Shown here: positions 61,394 through 64,000 of the stretch, in pieces
Layout of the letters: the number at the start of each line of letters is the position of its first letter
How positions within the stretch are numbered: the stretch's first letter is position 1
From: a virus
Strand: one strand, 5' to 3'
IMG/VR virus record: IMGVR_UViG_3300032213_001850
Location: 17,380 to 81,379 of that record
DNA: 64,000 nucleotides
The notes under the pieces: generated by a model
Databases searched by the model: none
Seen by the model: the letters and a program-made list of their open reading frames with translations, nothing else
What the model was told of the DNA's origin: nothing
Made by a program: the position numbers and the translations under genes

Positions 61394-61978
61394 ATGCCAG
61401 CAGTATCAAAAGCACAACAGAGATTTATGGGTATGGTTCACGCCGCTCAAAAGGGTGATATGGAAAATCCATCTCCGGAAGTTGAAAAAGCAGCAGACTC
61501 AATGTCTGATAAAGATGCTAAAGATTTTGCATCAACTAAACATAAAGGATTACCAAATAAAGTAAAAAGTGAATCAATCAATAAACTTAAAGAAATAATC
61601 AAAGGAATGGTTGATGAGATGAATGTTACGGGTAATGTACAAGGATATGATACTCCAAAAGCATTTGCTAAACCTGGAAATGAAAAAAAGAAAGGTAAAA
61701 AACAAGCAGACCTTACTGGATATAGTGTAGTAAACGAAAATAGATGGTTAGCATTAAAACAAGACGAATCAACTGCACAATCTAAAATTGGTAGAGGTAT
61801 ATCTAATATCAATAAACAATTAAGAGAAATGGAAAGATTTCTTAATTGGTATGGTAAGATTAAGAATGAAAGTGGTGTTAGTAACAAATCTTATTGGAAA
61901 AGGACAAATAGTCATATTTATAGTATACAAGAGAGATTATTAAAATTAGACCAAAAAATCAGACAAATATCAGAATAA
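61394..61978 (+). CDS. Hypothetical head-associated protein (DUF3008-like N-terminus)
   Basis: MPAVSKAQQRFMGMV...KDFASTKHKGLP. Confidence 0.55.
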   Translation: MPAVSKAQQRFMGMVHAAQKGDMENPSPEVEKAADSMSDKDAKDFASTKHKGLPNKVKSESINKLKEIIKGMVDEMNVTGNVQGYDTPKAFAKPGNEKKKGKKQADLTGYSVVNENRWLALKQDESTAQSKIGRGISNINKQLREMERFLNWYGKIKNESGVSNKSYWKRTNSHIYSIQERLLKLDQKIRQISE

Positions 61979-62271
61979 TGAAATTAGAACAATTAAAACA
62001 AATTGTAAGAGAAGTAATAGATGAATCTCATGATGATTATGAGAAATTTTTCAAACACATGCTTACTAAAACTGGCCATTCATTGAAAAACATGTCACCA
62101 ACGGCTAAAAGTAAATTTTTTATTGCAATCGATAAAGCATATAAAGCTAAGAACGAAGGTAAATTGAGAGGATATAACGAAGACTTACCTGGAAATCAAG
62201 ATGTATTGGATGTAGATAAAGATGGTGAAATCGAAGCTTCTGATTTGGCAAAATTGAGAAACAAGAAATAA
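61978..62271 (+). CDS. Hypothetical head-associated protein with an EF-hand-like loop
   Basis: DVDKDGEIEASD at the C-terminus. Confidence 0.55.
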   Translation: MKLEQLKQIVREVIDESHDDYEKFFKHMLTKTGHSLKNMSPTAKSKFFIAIDKAYKAKNEGKLRGYNEDLPGNQDVLDVDKDGEIEASDLAKLRNKK

Positions 62272-62861
62272 TGAGTAAAGGATTATTGATAGAAACACAT
62301 TTGTTTGAAGCAAAACTTCAAAAAGAAGAAAATGGAACTTATTTGGTTAAGGGAATTCTTCAACGTGCAGGTGCTCCAAATCAAAATCACAGAAGATATC
62401 CTAAAGAGATATTAGAAAGGGAGTGTAAAAAATACAATCAACTTATTCAAGAAAGAAGAGCATTGGGTGAATTAGACCATCCTGAGTCTCCAGTTATCAA
62501 CCTAAAAAATGTATCACATAATATTAGAGAAATTTGGTGGGAAGGTGATGATGTTTGTGGTGTGGTAGAAATTCTTTCAACTCCATCTGGTAATATCTTA
62601 AAAGAATTATTGAAGAATAATATTCGTTTGGGTATTTCATCAAGAGGATTGGGTTCGGTAAAAAATATGAATGATGGGACTGTAATGGTTCAGGAAGACT
62701 TTGAATTAGTAGGATGGGACTTTGTATCAAATCCATCAACACATGGTGCATTTATGGCTCCTATGAACGAATCTAAACAATGGGCACAACAAGCTGAAGA
62801 ATGTGGTAAATGGTGTAAGTCACAAGATTTAATGAGAGAAATTATAATAGAATTAAACTAA
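62271..62861 (+). CDS. Prohead protease (T4 gp21-like)
   Basis: NQNHRRYP, ALGELDHP, VSH, TPSG, LGISSRGLGS, DFVSNPS. Confidence 0.95.
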   Translation: MSKGLLIETHLFEAKLQKEENGTYLVKGILQRAGAPNQNHRRYPKEILERECKKYNQLIQERRALGELDHPESPVINLKNVSHNIREIWWEGDDVCGVVEILSTPSGNILKELLKNNIRLGISSRGLGSVKNMNDGTVMVQEDFELVGWDFVSNPSTHGAFMAPMNESKQWAQQAEECGKWCKSQDLMREIIIELN

Positions 62862-62865
62862 TAAG

Positions 62866-63291
62866 ATGATAAAGTTAAAAGATTTAATGAAAGAAAATGA
62901 GGAATTTCAAAAATTGCCTTCAAATTTAAAGAAGCATTTTTTGGAAATCATTTCAACATATGGTCAACATAGAGAAGGAATAAGTAGAAAATCGGACATT
63001 AGACAAGTTGCAGAAACATTGGGTGCAATTGCAGATGCTGCACAAGAATACACTTTAAGAGAAGGTGATGATTGGTTTGATAGAGTGACTATTAAAAGAA
63101 ATATGGGTGAGTTGAAAAAACTACAAAGTTCGTTTGAAAAAGAAGCATTAGAAGCTTCTGCACAACAACAAAGATTGGAAGCTCTTTACGAAGATATGGG
63201 ACATGTATTAGGTAGATATTTTGAAATAGCAGATATTACTGAAGATGTTATGAAAAAAAGATTGGGTATCAGAGAAAATAAAAATAAATAA
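62866..63291 (+). CDS. Hypothetical helical head-associated protein
   Basis: MIKLKDLMKE N-terminus; DWFD..T, LYEDMG..LGRYF. Confidence 0.55.
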   Translation: MIKLKDLMKENEEFQKLPSNLKKHFLEIISTYGQHREGISRKSDIRQVAETLGAIADAAQEYTLREGDDWFDRVTIKRNMGELKKLQSSFEKEALEASAQQQRLEALYEDMGHVLGRYFEIADITEDVMKKRLGIRENKNK

Positions 63292-63663
63292 ATGGAACAA
63301 TTGGCATCATTATTATTACATAGTAGAACACAGGCACATGCATTCCATTGGGGACAAAAAGGTGTTGGGTCATTATCCGCACACTTAGCATTGGGAACTT
63401 ATTATGAAACAATTGGTGGATTAATTGATGGATTAGTTGAAGCATATCAAGGACAATATGGTTTAATTAAAATACAAGGAATTGGAACTATTGATACTAA
63501 TAATGACATCAAAAATGTTATTGCATATTTTGAAAAATTATGTAAATTAGTTGATAAGTTAAGAAAAGACGAAAAATTACAAATGAGTTGGTTACAAAAC
63601 GATATAGATACGGTTGTAACTTTATTATACTCTACAAAATATAAATTGGTTAATTTACAATAA
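63292..63663 (+). CDS. Ferritin/Dps-like four-helix protein
   Basis: AHAFHW, AHLALGTYYE, DGLVEAYQG, LQNDID..TKYKL. Confidence 0.65.
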   Translation: MEQLASLLLHSRTQAHAFHWGQKGVGSLSAHLALGTYYETIGGLIDGLVEAYQGQYGLIKIQGIGTIDTNNDIKNVIAYFEKLCKLVDKLRKDEKLQMSWLQNDIDTVVTLLYSTKYKLVNLQ

Positions 63664-63665
63664 GG

Positions 63666-63842
63666 ATGTTAATAGTTAGTGTTAAGGGTGGAAATATAGA
63701 GTGGGCATTAAAGGATTATAAAAGAAAGGTTCAGTCCACAAAACAAATAGAAGAACTTAGAGATAGAAAGAATTTTACTAAACCCTCTAAGAGAAAAAGG
63801 TTACAAAGAGAAGAAACTATAAGAAAAAACAAATTATTTTAG
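63666..63842 (+). CDS. rpsU: Ribosomal protein bS21 (phage-encoded, 58 aa)
   Basis: MLIVSVKGGNIEWALKDYKRKVQSTKQIEELRDRKNFTKPSKRKRLQREETIRKNKLF*, with the I..ALK.YKRK and LR.R..F.KPS signatures; below the ORF-track cutoff. Confidence 0.88.
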   Translation: MLIVSVKGGNIEWALKDYKRKVQSTKQIEELRDRKNFTKPSKRKRLQREETIRKNKLF

Positions 63843-63862
63843 TAGTTTTCTTTAGTTTTCTA
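63843..63862. promoter_or_regulatory. Second copy of the putative RHH operator TAGTTTTCTTTAGTTTTCTA
   Basis: 20/20 identical to 26278-26297. Confidence 0.55.
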
Positions 63863-63872
63863 AAAAATTTAC

Positions 63873-63880
63873 ATATTTAT
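63873..63880 (+). promoter_or_regulatory. Putative late promoter box ATATTTAT
   Basis: 10 nt after the operator copy, at the start of a long non-coding leader. Confidence 0.6.
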
Positions 63881-64000
63881 TATCAAATATCTTATTTTTT
63901 ATTATAAGATTACAAGACATCGTTGGTTAATGAATACCCTTCTCTATAAGGTGTGACCGAACAATCAACATAATTACATTGGAGTTTCTTATACGAAATA

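Noticed and set aside
77-62751. About 50 minus-strand ORFs in the six-frame track
   Set aside because: They lie antisense to well-supported plus-strand genes, show no recognisable motifs and have shadow-ORF composition; only 26084..26269 occupies its own space and has a promoter
1-64000. CRISPR array, tRNA/rRNA genes, integrase/transposase, introns or inteins
   Set aside because: No spaced repeats, cloverleafs or recombinase motifs were seen; terminase, primase and portal are uninterrupted and of normal length
1-64000. Alternative genetic code (stop-codon reassignment)
   Set aside because: Genes are full length in the standard code, and TAA, TAG and TGA all terminate genes at sensible positions

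Overview
Gene-dense, AT-rich, almost entirely plus-strand 64-kb segment of a large T4-like (myovirus-type) phage genome, most likely infecting Bacteroidota. Host evidence: TTTG-N20-TATATTTA promoters, no Shine-Dalgarno sites, and a Bacteroidota-type bS21. Gene order: gp55-like late sigma factor, carbamoyltransferase and SGNH protein; baseplate/tail module (gp5-, gp25-, gp6-like and other structural genes); replication/recombination genes (T7-type endonuclease I, primase, a single-chain Mre11-Rad50/SbcD-SbcC fusion); a lone minus-strand ribbon-helix-helix regulator; a 1724-aa tail fibre; a ~21-kb glycan biosynthesis/tailoring island (GT-B, GT2-like, two GT7 enzymes with inserted LamG domains, radical SAM, SDRs, RmlC, split TPP E1 alpha/beta, four SGNH paralogs, 2OG-Fe(II) oxygenases, methyltransferases); then the packaging/head module (ligase-like/NMNAT-like fusion, terminase, portal, prohead protease, ferritin-like protein, and a bS21 missed by the ORF track). 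Best candidates for undescribed biology: (1) a phage-encoded virion glycosylation system, with a strongly enriched [S/T]-G-S motif in tail/baseplate proteins as the possible sequon; (2) an RHH regulator whose putative 20-bp tandem operator recurs exactly 37.5 kb away at the promoter after bS21; (3) a late promoter motif, ATATTTAT, that is the reverse complement of the T4 late box. All calls come from motif recognition by eye; no database searches were run.
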